A stretch of 61,767 nt of DNA from Nitrospiraceae bacterium (GTDB lineage: Bacteria; Nitrospirota; Nitrospiria; Nitrospirales; UBA2166). Position numbers and translations under genes: made by a program. The notes beneath the pieces are model-generated. The model was not told the DNA's origin, ran no database searches, and worked only from the letters and a program-made list of their open reading frames with translations. Positions 11,231-23,791 of this stretch are shown here, in pieces (the first letter of the stretch is position 1; each line of letters begins with the position of its first letter). The DNA lies in the NCBI GenBank assembly GCA_002726235.1, contig PBSN01000001.1, positions 1 through 61,767 on the forward strand. Reading direction: 5' to 3'.

Positions 11231-11537
11231 AGGACACTCCTCCTATAATAATGTTGATGCTATGATGATTAAAATGATTTGGTATTCGGGCAGAACTCTA
11301 AACAAGTCGAAAGGCAGGAACAGGCCGGCGCCAAAAGATCTCACGCACTGAGATCAACCTGGAACGGGCACTGTCGGGGCCAAACCAGCTATACGCTCTA
11401 TTCCTCTCTCGTACACCGAACACAAACGCAACATCGATTCCGGAACCGTACCATATCCTCCAGCACGAAAGCAACCCAACCGCATCGTTCTGATCGTATT
11501 GACAGCAACCGAGCGCATAACCTACCATACCGCAGTA

Positions 11538-11625
11538 GCTGGGGGAGTCGTCTTATGGCTGAGAGTGTTCTCTCGGAGAACACAACCCTTCGAACCTGAC
11601 CTGGTTCATACCAGCGTAGGGAAGC
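11538..11625 (+). ncRNA. TPP riboswitch
   Basis: GGGG..GGCTGAGA..ACCCTTCGAACCTGA.CTGGTTCATACCAGCGTAGGGAA core directly upstream of thiC. Confidence 0.93.
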
Positions 11626-11654
11626 GGGNTTTTGCAACCGTGCATGCATTGCTG

Positions 11655-13599
<1,945 letters not shown>

Positions 13600-13612
13600 G
13601 AATATCACGACC

Positions 13613-14434
13613 ATGACACGCAAATGGGTTACTCCCCTTCGGGAACGAGATGTGACGCGTGCGATTTCGCGCGAACATTTTCGTGAATTTGAACAGATCA
13701 TTGAAAGTGATGTAATTGTGGTTGGAGCTGGCCCCTCTGGCCTTCTCTGCGCACGGGATCTCGCGGCAAATGGTATACGTGTGCTAGTCATCGAACAAGG
13801 CCTAGCGTTGGGCGGCGGATTCTGGTCCGGTGGGTACCTGATGAATAAGGCGACGATCTGTGACCCTGCGCACAAGATTCTTCAGGAACTTAGCGTTCCA
13901 TGTACACCAGTCCCTGAATGCGACGGTATGTACATCACCAATCCTCCGCACGCAACCGCACGCCTCATTTCATCCATGTACGACGCTGGCGCGCGCGTCT
14001 TGAATCTCACCAAGCTTGTGGACTTGGTCATCCGAGATGAGGGACAACTCAATGGCGTCGTCGTCAACTCCACTCCAGTCGAGGCAGCCGGACATGATGT
14101 CCTGCATATCGATCCGATCGCACTTGAAAGCACGATCGTTGTGGATGCCACTGGGCACGATGCATCTGTCGTCCACCTCTTGCACCAACACAACTGCTAC
14201 CAACAGCCGGTTCCAGGCAATGGGGCCATGTGGGTAGCTCAATCTGAAGAACTGGTCGTCAAGAATACCGGGGAAGTCTATCCACACTGTTTTGTGGTTG
14301 GATTGGCAGTCGCCGCAGTCTATGGGACGCCACGAATGGGTCCGGCCTTCGGCTCTATGCTCCTTTCTGGTCGGAGAGGCGCGGAGCTCGTACGAAAGGC
14401 ACTCACGAATCGTTCCGACTGCGAAAAAGAGTAA
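13613..14434 (+). CDS. thi4: Thi4-type (sulfide-dependent) thiazole synthase
   Basis: GAGPSGL, GGGFWSGG, HIDPI, DATGHDA and PRMGPAFGSMLLSG; follows thiC. Confidence 0.92.
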   Translation: MTRKWVTPLRERDVTRAISREHFREFEQIIESDVIVVGAGPSGLLCARDLAANGIRVLVIEQGLALGGGFWSGGYLMNKATICDPAHKILQELSVPCTPVPECDGMYITNPPHATARLISSMYDAGARVLNLTKLVDLVIRDEGQLNGVVVNSTPVEAAGHDVLHIDPIALESTIVVDATGHDASVVHLLHQHNCYQQPVPGNGAMWVAQSEELVVKNTGEVYPHCFVVGLAVAAVYGTPRMGPAFGSMLLSGRRGAELVRKALTNRSDCEKE

Positions 14435-14439
14435 CCCCC

Positions 14440-15465
14440 GTGCCTCCCAGCATTTCGATTATCGTTCCAGCCAGAAACGAGGAGCGTACTCTCGGTCGAT
14501 GCCTCGATTCGTTGTTAGCGCAAGACTACGGGGACTTTGAATTGATTGTAGTAGACGATCAGTCCACAGACCACACCGCCGACCTGATAACACGTCGAAC
14601 CACACAGGACTCCCGGATTCGTAGCCTTCGAATAACTAGCCTCCCTGCGGGATGGACTGGCAAAAATTATGCCCTTGCGTGCGGTGTGTGCGAAGCACAT
14701 GGCGCGTGGTTATTATTCACCGATGCTGATACCTGGCATGCCCCTCACGCGCTCAGAGAAAATCTCAGCTTTGCCCAACACCATCACATCAGCATTCTCT
14801 CGATGAGTCCAGATCAAGAATGTGTGAGCGCATGGGAAAAGCTCCTCCAGCCCACAATTTTTGAGACCCTCAATTATTGGTTCTCATACCGCCGCATCAA
14901 CGATCCACGAGATGAGCAGGCAGCAGGCAACGGACAATACATCATGATCCGACGGTCACTCTACGATACCATCGGCGGTCACGAAAGCATTAAAGGATGT
15001 ATTCTGGAAGATGTCGAACTCGCACGACGAGCAAAGCACACTGGCGGTACGCTATGGTTTGCCCCAGCGCAGGGAAAAGTTCGAGTGCGGATGTATCACA
15101 CCTTGACAGAAATTTGGAATGGGTGGGCGAAAAACCTGTATCTCCTTCAAGATCGAAGCACGTGGAGGCTACTGCGAACAAGCGCACGCACCATACTGCT
15201 CGATATCGCCCCAACTGCCATACTCATGTTTGGCACATGGCACAGTATACACACCGCACTGCTTGCGATTGCAGGTATCACGCTCATTGCTCGATGGCGC
15301 AATCTCCGCCAACGATGGCAAGAGCTCGGTTTTGATACCCAATACGCCCTGTTCCACCCCATTGGATCAGGCATATTCCTCGGACTGCTCTGGTATTCAG
15401 CCATAAGACACAAGGGAGGATTTGGGATCGCATGGAAAGGACGTCTTTGCAAAGAACTACCCTAA
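14440..15465 (+). CDS. GT2 glycosyltransferase (CrtQ/HpnB-like, lipid acceptor)
   Basis: IIVPARNEE, VVDDQSTD, LPAGWTGK, FTDADT, NGQY..GGHE..EDV; C-terminal TM helices. Confidence 0.85.
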   Translation: MPPSISIIVPARNEERTLGRCLDSLLAQDYGDFELIVVDDQSTDHTADLITRRTTQDSRIRSLRITSLPAGWTGKNYALACGVCEAHGAWLLFTDADTWHAPHALRENLSFAQHHHISILSMSPDQECVSAWEKLLQPTIFETLNYWFSYRRINDPRDEQAAGNGQYIMIRRSLYDTIGGHESIKGCILEDVELARRAKHTGGTLWFAPAQGKVRVRMYHTLTEIWNGWAKNLYLLQDRSTWRLLRTSARTILLDIAPTAILMFGTWHSIHTALLAIAGITLIARWRNLRQRWQELGFDTQYALFHPIGSGIFLGLLWYSAIRHKGGFGIAWKGRLCKELP

Positions 15466-15507
15466 CGTCCTTCTCATAAACGTCGGCACGAACTACAGAG
15501 GGAGAGT

Positions 15508-15924
15508 ATGATGAGTGAGCCAACACACGACGCACCACCTTCAAACATTGTATGGGGAGTGGTAACTGATATTCTCTTTTGGAGCAAAATCAAGGGGGGA
15601 TTACAGCGAACAGGCTACCCCCTGCGACGAATCAGAACAGCCCTCGAATTGATGGAAACACTAAAAAATGAGACGCCTAGCGTCATTATTGTCGACATGG
15701 GTAACGACGCCATGAATGCATTTGCCGTAATACAAACACTCAAAGAGGATGAAGAATATCGATCAATTCCAATCCTCGCATTTTGCAACCACGATGACGT
15801 CGCAGCATTTACGCGTGCTCGCACATTAGGTGCAGACAAGGTCGTCACAAACGGAGTGTTTAGCATGAGTATGGATGACTTGGTCACAGAACTTGTGCAA
15901 GGTAATGACGACGACGAATTATGA
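15508..15924 (+). CDS. Single-domain (atypical) response regulator receiver
   Basis: PSVIIVDM..IPILAF..ARTLGADKVV receiver pattern. Confidence 0.7.
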   Translation: MMSEPTHDAPPSNIVWGVVTDILFWSKIKGGLQRTGYPLRRIRTALELMETLKNETPSVIIVDMGNDAMNAFAVIQTLKEDEEYRSIPILAFCNHDDVAAFTRARTLGADKVVTNGVFSMSMDDLVTELVQGNDDDEL

Positions 15925-17024
15925 GGCAATCGTCCACTGATCAGCTCCATCCATCGCTGGGCACGCCATGTTCCGTTGTGGGAAATCAACACACCCCAAC
16001 CCACTACGGCAATCCACAATCTGAGCATGCTATCGTGCGCAACGGAGTGGGCATCACAGACGCCTCTCATCGCGGAAAACTGAGGATATCAGGAGTCGAT
16101 CGTGCAACATACCTACAGGGACTCGTCACCAACGACATGCTCAAACTCGCGAATGGTATTGGCATGTACTGTGCGATTCTAACGCCAAAAGGCAAAATGC
16201 AATCCTATTTCAGAATCTTTGAGATTGATGAAACATTGATCATCGACCTCGACGAAAAGGCCATAGATACAACCTATAAACTTCTAAAACGCTATTTGCT
16301 CTATGGCATCAAAGCCACGCTTGAAGACGTGACCAGTTCATATGGACATCTTGCCGTCCACGGACCTCTCTCAGCCACCTTGCTCACCAAAGCATGTGAT
16401 CACCCATTGCCAGAATTGGACGTACCAAACTACGCCAAGGCATCCATCGCCACAACTCCGCTTATCATCGTGAAAACGGACGAGTGCGGCGAAATTGGAT
16501 ACGATTTACTCATGCCAGTTGCATCTATCACGCCCGTATGGGAACGACTATGGAAAACCGCGACGAACAATAATATTCAGCCGTTCGGCGCAATAGGGTC
16601 AGAAGCCTTAGAGATCCTTCGCATCGAAACCGGCACCCCCCGATATGGGCGAGAACTCGACGGAGAGGCATTTCCAGCCGAAGCCTGGCTTGAAAATAAG
16701 GCGATCAGCCTAGCAAAAGGGTGTTATATGGGACAGGAAACCGTCACCCGAATTGATACCTACGGAGGCGTCAAGCGAAAACTTGCCGGCGTAACCATCA
16801 GCGGGAACACCCTTCCAAAACACGGAACAGAACTCCTTGGAACGGATGATGACACGCGAGCAGCAGGGCGAGTCACCAGCGCAATCCACTCGCCAGCACT
16901 GAACCAAGTCATCGGCCTTGTCTACCTTCGAACGAAGTACCTGAATCCTGGAACTGAACTCACCATCACCTTTGACGGTCACACCCACAACGCCACCGTC
17001 GTTACTCTTCCATTTCCTCGCTGA
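15921..17024 (+). CDS. ygfZ: Folate-binding YgfZ/GcvT-like protein
   Basis: GcvT-like fold with the COG0354 signature KGCYMGQE. Confidence 0.85.
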   Translation: MRQSSTDQLHPSLGTPCSVVGNQHTPTHYGNPQSEHAIVRNGVGITDASHRGKLRISGVDRATYLQGLVTNDMLKLANGIGMYCAILTPKGKMQSYFRIFEIDETLIIDLDEKAIDTTYKLLKRYLLYGIKATLEDVTSSYGHLAVHGPLSATLLTKACDHPLPELDVPNYAKASIATTPLIIVKTDECGEIGYDLLMPVASITPVWERLWKTATNNNIQPFGAIGSEALEILRIETGTPRYGRELDGEAFPAEAWLENKAISLAKGCYMGQETVTRIDTYGGVKRKLAGVTISGNTLPKHGTELLGTDDDTRAAGRVTSAIHSPALNQVIGLVYLRTKYLNPGTELTITFDGHTHNATVVTLPFPR

Positions 17025-17103
17025 TCAGCACTGCAGATCCTACCAATGAGTGCTATAGTATATATGCAATAACCGTGTCATATGGAAATCATGAGCAAGA
17101 CCG

Positions 17104-18741
17104 ATGGCCACACCCTATCGAGACTTGTTAGATAAGATTCGCCTCGCGTTTCCGCAACCCGTATCAGATCCCATCCACGACTCCTACTTTGTCCACTCTA
17201 TTATGCGAGCCTTAGATCAGGTCGACGAAATGAAAATGGAGTTGCCAGTCCTTGGGTCAGTCATNCCGGCGGATTATGAGGCTGCACGCGGTGCAAAGAT
17301 ACAAACGCACATGTCGTCGATAGAAGAGGTGACCTCAGACCTTGTGAGCTATCTCCAAGGCATGACGATTTGCAGTCACCCCTATACCCAGCAAAATGTT
17401 GTACCCCCACCTTCAATCCCAAGTCTTATTGGTGTCCTTCTCTCGTCCTTATACAACGCGAATATCTCTTGGGACGAATACAGTCGCCGTGTTTCATTGG
17501 CTGAAGTGGAGGCAATCGCCATCACGGCACAACTCCTCGGGTACGATCCAGATAAGGCGGGAGGCGTATTTACCTTTGGAGGAACCGGAACCACCCTCTA
17601 TGGCGTCAAGATTGGGTTAGAAAAAGCCTGTCCACATACCATGCGAGACGGGATATCCAACGACATCGTCGTCTTCGTCTCGGATGCCGGTCACTATTGT
17701 GCCCATAACGTCACCAGTTGGCTTGGCATTGGCACCTCACGCCTCCATACCATCCCGACGACAGCCGAAAATGAAATTGACGTGCATCTCCTTGAGCAGG
17801 AAGCTCGCACGGCACTGAGCACTGGAAAAAAAATTGCGGCGTTTATCGCGACCCTTGGCACAACCGATGCGTTTGGCCTTGATGATTTGCAACGTATTGC
17901 CGTATTGCGAAACACATTGGTTGACGAATTCCAGCTTTCCTATCGCCCTCACATCCATGCAGATGCTGTCATCGGATGGGCGTGGTCAGTCTTCAACGAC
18001 TACGATTTTGAAGACAATCCTCTCGAGTTTCGCCCGCGTACCGTTCGTGCCCTCGCAGGAACCTGCCGCCGAATACGCCACTTGCATCTCGCAGATTCCA
18101 TCGGCGTGGATTTCCACAAGACAGGGTTCGTGCCATATATTTCAAGTGCCTTCATCGTCAAAAATCGAGAAGACCTGCATCTCATTACACGCCCACAGGA
18201 ACAGATGCCCTATCTCTATCACTTTGGCGAACATCGCCCAGGAATGCTGACTCTAGAAACCTCACGCGCAGGAACCGGGCCGTTAGCAGCACTCGCCAAT
18301 CTCCGCCTCCTTGGCCAAGAGGGACTTCGCGTCATCATCGGCCACATCGTCGAGATGGCTCAACTCCTCCGTGAACATTTAGAAGGACATGAAGCCATTA
18401 CCATCCTCAACCGTGATAACTTTGGAACCGTAAACATCTTCCGTACCTACCCACTCGGCGTCGATACCTTTGCGATCAAAGAACAGGAGTTTGAAGACCC
18501 AGATTACCGAACCTCACTATTAGAGCATAATGAATATAATCGAAAGATTTTTCATTACGTCCATGCCGAGGCGATGGCCGGACGAGGGGTCGTGCTTTCA
18601 CAAACCGAGTGTTATAGGCGAACACACTATGGCGAACCCATTGCAGCGATAAAATCATTCATTTTGTCCCCATTCGTTGATACACAAGACGTCGAGATTG
18701 TCGTCAGCAAAATTCTTGAAGCGAGAAAACACATATCATGA
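17104..18741 (+). CDS. Group II PLP-dependent decarboxylase, substrate unknown
   Basis: GVFTFGGTG, ATLGTTDAFGLDD, HIHADAV and DSIGVDFHK (PLP lysine). Confidence 0.88.
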   Translation: MATPYRDLLDKIRLAFPQPVSDPIHDSYFVHSIMRALDQVDEMKMELPVLGSVXPADYEAARGAKIQTHMSSIEEVTSDLVSYLQGMTICSHPYTQQNVVPPPSIPSLIGVLLSSLYNANISWDEYSRRVSLAEVEAIAITAQLLGYDPDKAGGVFTFGGTGTTLYGVKIGLEKACPHTMRDGISNDIVVFVSDAGHYCAHNVTSWLGIGTSRLHTIPTTAENEIDVHLLEQEARTALSTGKKIAAFIATLGTTDAFGLDDLQRIAVLRNTLVDEFQLSYRPHIHADAVIGWAWSVFNDYDFEDNPLEFRPRTVRALAGTCRRIRHLHLADSIGVDFHKTGFVPYISSAFIVKNREDLHLITRPQEQMPYLYHFGEHRPGMLTLETSRAGTGPLAALANLRLLGQEGLRVIIGHIVEMAQLLREHLEGHEAITILNRDNFGTVNIFRTYPLGVDTFAIKEQEFEDPDYRTSLLEHNEYNRKIFHYVHAEAMAGRGVVLSQTECYRRTHYGEPIAAIKSFILSPFVDTQDVEIVVSKILEARKHIS

Positions 18742-18940
18742 CCATCAATCATTATTACACACCACCCCTTCAACCAAAATTGAGAGAGAGGGGATAGGGG
18801 AAAAAGACTCTCGCTCTCATGCATTACCAGTCACGTTGCTGCAAAGCCTTAGATTCATTCCTTTGCAGAATCGCTAGATTCTTTGTACAAAAAAAGGTAT
18901 CGTTCTTCGACCATGTCGCACTCCCACTTGATTAATCGCC

Positions 18941-19189
18941 TTGATGGACATTCTAAACTTCGCCACAAATCTTGATTTGACCAACTCAGTAGCCATAGCT
19001 GCAATTACAGCCATTTTTCTATTTGCGAATCGAATCGTAACACTCAAATTAGGCATTCCGTTCTTGGTGACCATAGTATGTGGAGGAAGTTCACTGTTTA
19101 TCATTCTCTACAACGATCCAGTTGATCCTTGGGCATACGCTGTCGTTGGAGCCTTTATCGGATACTGGATGAGAAATAAATTCTCCTAA
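18941..19189 (+). CDS. Small membrane protein, hypothetical
   Basis: 82-aa ORF with three hydrophobic segments. Confidence 0.5.
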   Translation: MMDILNFATNLDLTNSVAIAAITAIFLFANRIVTLKLGIPFLVTIVCGGSSLFIILYNDPVDPWAYAVVGAFIGYWMRNKFS

Positions 19190-19376
19190 ACACTCAATGA
19201 CACACAAGTCTGGAAAAACACCATAGGAACCCATGAGCACGTTTTCATCAAAATACATCCTTAGTCGATGATAGTGCCTAGTTTTTAGGTTTACACCTGT
19301 GTAACGGGTTAATCAAAGACGAACATAAAGCCCTGCGCGTGAACAACTGCTACACTGGGCGGAGAGCAAATAAAGT

Positions 19377-19454
<78 letters not shown>

Positions 19455-19593
19455 GTTTTCTCCTAAGAGAACAGGCAAGTGTTTGAACACGAAACGCATA
19501 AAGCAGTGATGAATTAAGGCAGAATTTGCACTAGTTCTATGGAAGTGATGATGTTGATCAACAGCCCCACTCGTGTGTAAAGATCTCAAATAA

Positions 19594-21978
19594 ATGAAAC
19601 GTCGAGCGTATATTTTTGGTGCGGGAGTCAGTGGTCTCGTGTCCGGCTGGAAGCTTCTTGAGCGTGGATGGGATGTGACGATTCTTGAGAAGGAACAGTT
19701 TCACGGAGGGATGTCTCGCACATGGCGATGGACTGACTTTCTAATTGATGTCGGGCCTCACATCTATCATACGCCCGATAAGATGCTCACAGAGTTCTGG
19801 GAGCGCGAATTCGGCGACTTGTTTATCACGCGAGATTTTTGGTGCAAGAACGTGAAGGGGCCAAACTTTGATCAATACTATGATTACCCATTGTCGTATG
19901 AATCATTTGCCCAATACCCTCAAGACCTCAAACGGAAAATCTTTTCCGAACTAGAGCATCTCAATCCTGACGAAAAAGCCAAGGCTCATAACTATAAAGA
20001 GTATGTGTCGGCCCTCGTGGGCCCAACCGTGCAGGACATGTTCTTCCAGAATTACCCGCAAAAATTGTGGGGGATCAGTACGGAAGAGATGACTGCAAGT
20101 TGGGCACCGAAGCGTATTGAACTTCGAAAAAGTGTCACGCCGTTTTATCACGGACAATGGAATGCGGTCGGACGGTATGGGACGGGATGTGTGTACGATC
20201 GTATCTATGAAAAGATTGTGAAGCTAGGTGGAAACGTCATGCTAGGTCATGGAATTCAGGGCTTAGAACATCGCCACAACGTGTTGACAGCGTTGCAACT
20301 TGAAAATGATCAATCAATAATCTTAGAGCCAGATGACATTGTCATCTCCACGATGCCAATTAGTTTCTTGTGTCGCTTGTTAGGTCTTCAAAGCACCCTC
20401 GCATTTAGAGGCGTCACGTCAGTGTACCTTGCATTTGATCAAGAGTACGTGCTCCCTGATGGCTTGGATTGGCTTTATTTTGATTCCCCTGAACTATGGT
20501 TTCACCGGCTGAGTGAACAGAAGAAATTTTCTGTTGACTGTGCCGTCCCAGGGAAAACCTGTGTAACGGCTGAAATCGCCTACTCTCGAAACGATGCGAT
20601 CGACAACCTCGGACCAGAGCGGCTAATTGAAGGTGTGCTTGATCAAGTGTGCAGGACGGGATTAGCGCAACGGCATGATTTTATTGATGGAACGGTGCAT
20701 CGCCAACCAGCGGTCTACCCTCTACTGCATAAAGACTACCAGCATGAACTCGCGAAGGTCCAAAGCCATTTGGGATTGTTTAAGCAACTGTACTCACTAG
20801 GAACCACGGGCGAATTCAATTACGCAGATAGCCAGATCTTGTTTCTGAAAGCCTTTGATCTCGTGGATATTCTTACCGATCAGCATTCTGAATTCTCTCA
20901 GGTAAAACGAAAACAATCGACTGCCGTTCTTAATACAACCGTCTCGCTTAACGGAAGACTCATTGGAGAAGGGCATCGTCCAATGATCATTGCGGAAGCG
21001 GGATTGAACCACAACGGAAACTTGGAGTTGGCAAGACAGTTGATTGATCAGGCCGCCGACACAGGTTGTGATGCCATCAAATTTCAAACGTATCAGAGCA
21101 CAAGCCGAGTCTCCAGCAAAATTAAGTCAGTACGGTATGCTGAAACGACGCTCGGAGAACAGGAGACGTTGCTCGAAATGTTTCAACGTCTGGAACTAAG
21201 CTACAACGACCATGTAAAGTTATTAGATTACGCTCGTCAGCGAGGCATCGAGATGTTCTCGACCCCCTTTGATACGAGTAGCGTCGACATGCTCGAGTCC
21301 CTCGGAGTCACTCTATATAAAGTTGCATCGTTTGACCTCGTCAATGTTCCGCTCCTCAAGTATATAGCGTCAACCAAAAAGCCCATGATTGTCTCCACTG
21401 GAATGTCCACCCTTGGCCAGATTGAGGAAGCGCTTGAGATAATTCGAGGTGAGGGAAACGGTAACGTTATTCTTCTGCATTGCGTTTCATCATACCCTGC
21501 GGCTCCCGAGGATATGAATCTGAGAGCAATTGAAACCCTGAAAAAAAGTTTTCGGATTCCCGTTGGACTTTCTGACCATACGCTTGGAACTATGGTTTCT
21601 CAGGTGGCATTATCTATTGGGGCCAACGTCATTGAGCGCCATTTTACACTGGATCGCAGTCTGGAAGGTCCAGACCACATTCTTTCCTCGGAGCCTGAGG
21701 AAATGCGGCATCTAACGCGTTGCTCACATCTTATCAACCATGTTCTTGGAGATGGTGTCAAAAAGATCGAAGCCTGCGAGTACGAAACCATCAATGCACA
21801 GCGGAAAAGCTTGTACTCTCGCATTGATATTCCTGCAGGCGAAATTGTCACATCGGATGCCGTGACGATTAAAGGACCGGGAGGTGGACTGCAACCACGC
21901 TATATTGACATCGTGATTGGACGGACCGCGAGACGAGATCTCAAAGCGGACCATCCAATTACCTGGGAAGATGTGTAG
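19594..21978 (+). CDS. Fusion of an FAD-dependent oxidoreductase (Glf/HemY-like) with a NeuB-family nonulosonate synthase carrying a SAF domain
   Basis: N-terminal GAGVSG..EK..GGMSRT..DVGPH; C-terminal IIAEAGLNHNG, AIKFQT, STPFD, KVAS, LLHCVSSYP, GLSDHT, IERHFTLDR. Confidence 0.88.
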   Translation: MKRRAYIFGAGVSGLVSGWKLLERGWDVTILEKEQFHGGMSRTWRWTDFLIDVGPHIYHTPDKMLTEFWEREFGDLFITRDFWCKNVKGPNFDQYYDYPLSYESFAQYPQDLKRKIFSELEHLNPDEKAKAHNYKEYVSALVGPTVQDMFFQNYPQKLWGISTEEMTASWAPKRIELRKSVTPFYHGQWNAVGRYGTGCVYDRIYEKIVKLGGNVMLGHGIQGLEHRHNVLTALQLENDQSIILEPDDIVISTMPISFLCRLLGLQSTLAFRGVTSVYLAFDQEYVLPDGLDWLYFDSPELWFHRLSEQKKFSVDCAVPGKTCVTAEIAYSRNDAIDNLGPERLIEGVLDQVCRTGLAQRHDFIDGTVHRQPAVYPLLHKDYQHELAKVQSHLGLFKQLYSLGTTGEFNYADSQILFLKAFDLVDILTDQHSEFSQVKRKQSTAVLNTTVSLNGRLIGEGHRPMIIAEAGLNHNGNLELARQLIDQAADTGCDAIKFQTYQSTSRVSSKIKSVRYAETTLGEQETLLEMFQRLELSYNDHVKLLDYARQRGIEMFSTPFDTSSVDMLESLGVTLYKVASFDLVNVPLLKYIASTKKPMIVSTGMSTLGQIEEALEIIRGEGNGNVILLHCVSSYPAAPEDMNLRAIETLKKSFRIPVGLSDHTLGTMVSQVALSIGANVIERHFTLDRSLEGPDHILSSEPEEMRHLTRCSHLINHVLGDGVKKIEACEYETINAQRKSLYSRIDIPAGEIVTSDAVTIKGPGGGLQPRYIDIVIGRTARRDLKADHPITWEDV

Positions 21979-21981
21979 GAT

Positions 21982-23073
21982 ATGTCGTATCGTGAACAAA
22001 CAGAAAATATATTGAAGCAAGTGATAGCAATTGCGAAAAAGGAAGGTAAGCTGACGGGATTTTGTATTGGGAACACTACAAAGGTAGATACACATGGATT
22101 GTTTTTCTCTCCAATACGAAATACTAAACAACTAGTTGCCGGTAGCGTGATTGTGTACGAAGCACACCATTCTGAAGAAATCGCACGCATTGTGGATGGA
22201 CGGGTCCAGTACATTCTTGTTGACACAGAAAAAAAAGTTGGCCCAGACCCAAAAACGTCCTATGGGATCGGGGATATGGGAAATATCGAAGGTGCCGTGC
22301 GCGATGCGATACAACATTCGACCCTGTTGACATACAAAGGAAATGACCTGACAGTCAATTCCATCGACTGCGCATTGAGCCAACTTATGACTTCCCCAAT
22401 ACAGAGCATGGGTGGCAAAAAGGTGACCATCATCGGAGCCGGAAACTTGGGAGCAAAGTTAGCGCTTAAACTGGTCGAACGTGGCGCGCACGTGGTGATT
22501 ACGCGCCGAAACAAGAAGAAGTTGGAGGTCATTGTCCAAGCGTTAAACTATATCAAACCGGGAAATACGGTGGCAGTTGTCGAAGGAATGACTGACAATG
22601 AATTAGCTGCAAGAGACGCGCACCTCCTCATCGGCATGGCGGTCGGACCACCAGTAATCACCGAAACAATGGTCAGTAGCCTAGCAAAGAACGCGATCAT
22701 CATGGACGGGGGAAAAGGCTGTCTGCATCCACTAGCAGTACAGCGTGCTCAACAACGTCAATTGAAAATTTTTCGTGTTGACATTCGCTCTGGGTTTGAG
22801 GGAGAAGTTGCAATGTTGCTAGAAATGCACCAGTTGCTCAAACATACCGTGGGTCGACGCCAATTCGACGGGATTCCCGTTGTATCGGGTGGTCTATTCG
22901 CCTGGAAAGATGAGATTGTCGTCGACAATATTCACCACCCCACTGCAATATTTGGCATCGCGGACGGCCAAGGAGATTTTATGCGGCAACTATCGCAGGA
23001 ACAGTCAAGGAATCTCGAACGACTCGATGAGTTAATCGCCAATGAGTCATTCGTGAAATGCCACGACATTTAG
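21982..23073 (+). CDS. NAD(P)-binding Rossmann-domain protein
   Basis: KVTIIGAGNLG..LVERGAHVVITRR; starts 3 bp after the NeuB fusion. Confidence 0.75.
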   Translation: MSYREQTENILKQVIAIAKKEGKLTGFCIGNTTKVDTHGLFFSPIRNTKQLVAGSVIVYEAHHSEEIARIVDGRVQYILVDTEKKVGPDPKTSYGIGDMGNIEGAVRDAIQHSTLLTYKGNDLTVNSIDCALSQLMTSPIQSMGGKKVTIIGAGNLGAKLALKLVERGAHVVITRRNKKKLEVIVQALNYIKPGNTVAVVEGMTDNELAARDAHLLIGMAVGPPVITETMVSSLAKNAIIMDGGKGCLHPLAVQRAQQRQLKIFRVDIRSGFEGEVAMLLEMHQLLKHTVGRRQFDGIPVVSGGLFAWKDEIVVDNIHHPTAIFGIADGQGDFMRQLSQEQSRNLERLDELIANESFVKCHDI

Positions 23074-23197
23074 CAAACTTTCTCACAAGAGAAGTCTAAA
23101 CAATCAAACGAAAATCTACTTCATGCCGCATAAACTGCTACGGGTTCCGCTTAAAGTCTCAGAGTCGTTTACTGGCAGTGAGTCGCATGATGAAATG

Positions 23198-23791
23198 TTA
23201 GTGATTCGATATACAGTCGTGGGAGAACCGTTTCGCTTCCGCGAGTTGTTCTGGTGACATCCGGTTTTTGACACGATCACGATTCTTGATTGCAAGATTC
23301 CTGACTTCGCTGTCAGTCAAAGTCGTCGCGGCGAGGCTAAAGCACTTATGCGCTAGCACATAGTCTCGTGGTACCCCTTGCCCGTTGGCGTACATCACGC
23401 CAAGATTGTATTGGGCCAACACATAGCCAGCTTCCGCAGCTTGACGGTACCAGTACACCGCTGCCTTAACATCTTGCAGCACTCCTCTTCCCTCCTCGTA
23501 CATCAGGCCAAGATTTACTTGGGCCAACGCATAGCCGGCCTTAGCGGCTTGGTGATACCAGCGCACCGCTACTTCAACGTCTTGCGGCACCCCATTTCCA
23601 TCCTCGTACATCAATCCAAGATTGAATTGAGCCTTCGTATCGCCAGTCTCCGCAGCTTGCCTGAACTTCTGGATAGCCATTACATAGTCCGTACGGTTAT
23701 ACGCATCCACACCATCGTCATAGTTACCAGCCAGTACAATCTGGCTAACACTAAATACCAAAAGCAGGGAGAACACGACGGGTGTCATCAT
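23198..23791 (-). CDS. Secreted Sel1-like repeat protein
   Basis: Signal peptide; repeats AQFNLGLMYEDGNGV, AQVNLGLMYEEGRGV, AQYNLGVMYANGQGV. Confidence 0.93.
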   Translation of the reverse strand: MMTPVVFSLLLVFSVSQIVLAGNYDDGVDAYNRTDYVMAIQKFRQAAETGDTKAQFNLGLMYEDGNGVPQDVEVAVRWYHQAAKAGYALAQVNLGLMYEEGRGVLQDVKAAVYWYRQAAEAGYVLAQYNLGVMYANGQGVPRDYVLAHKCFSLAATTLTDSEVRNLAIKNRDRVKNRMSPEQLAEAKRFSHDCISNH

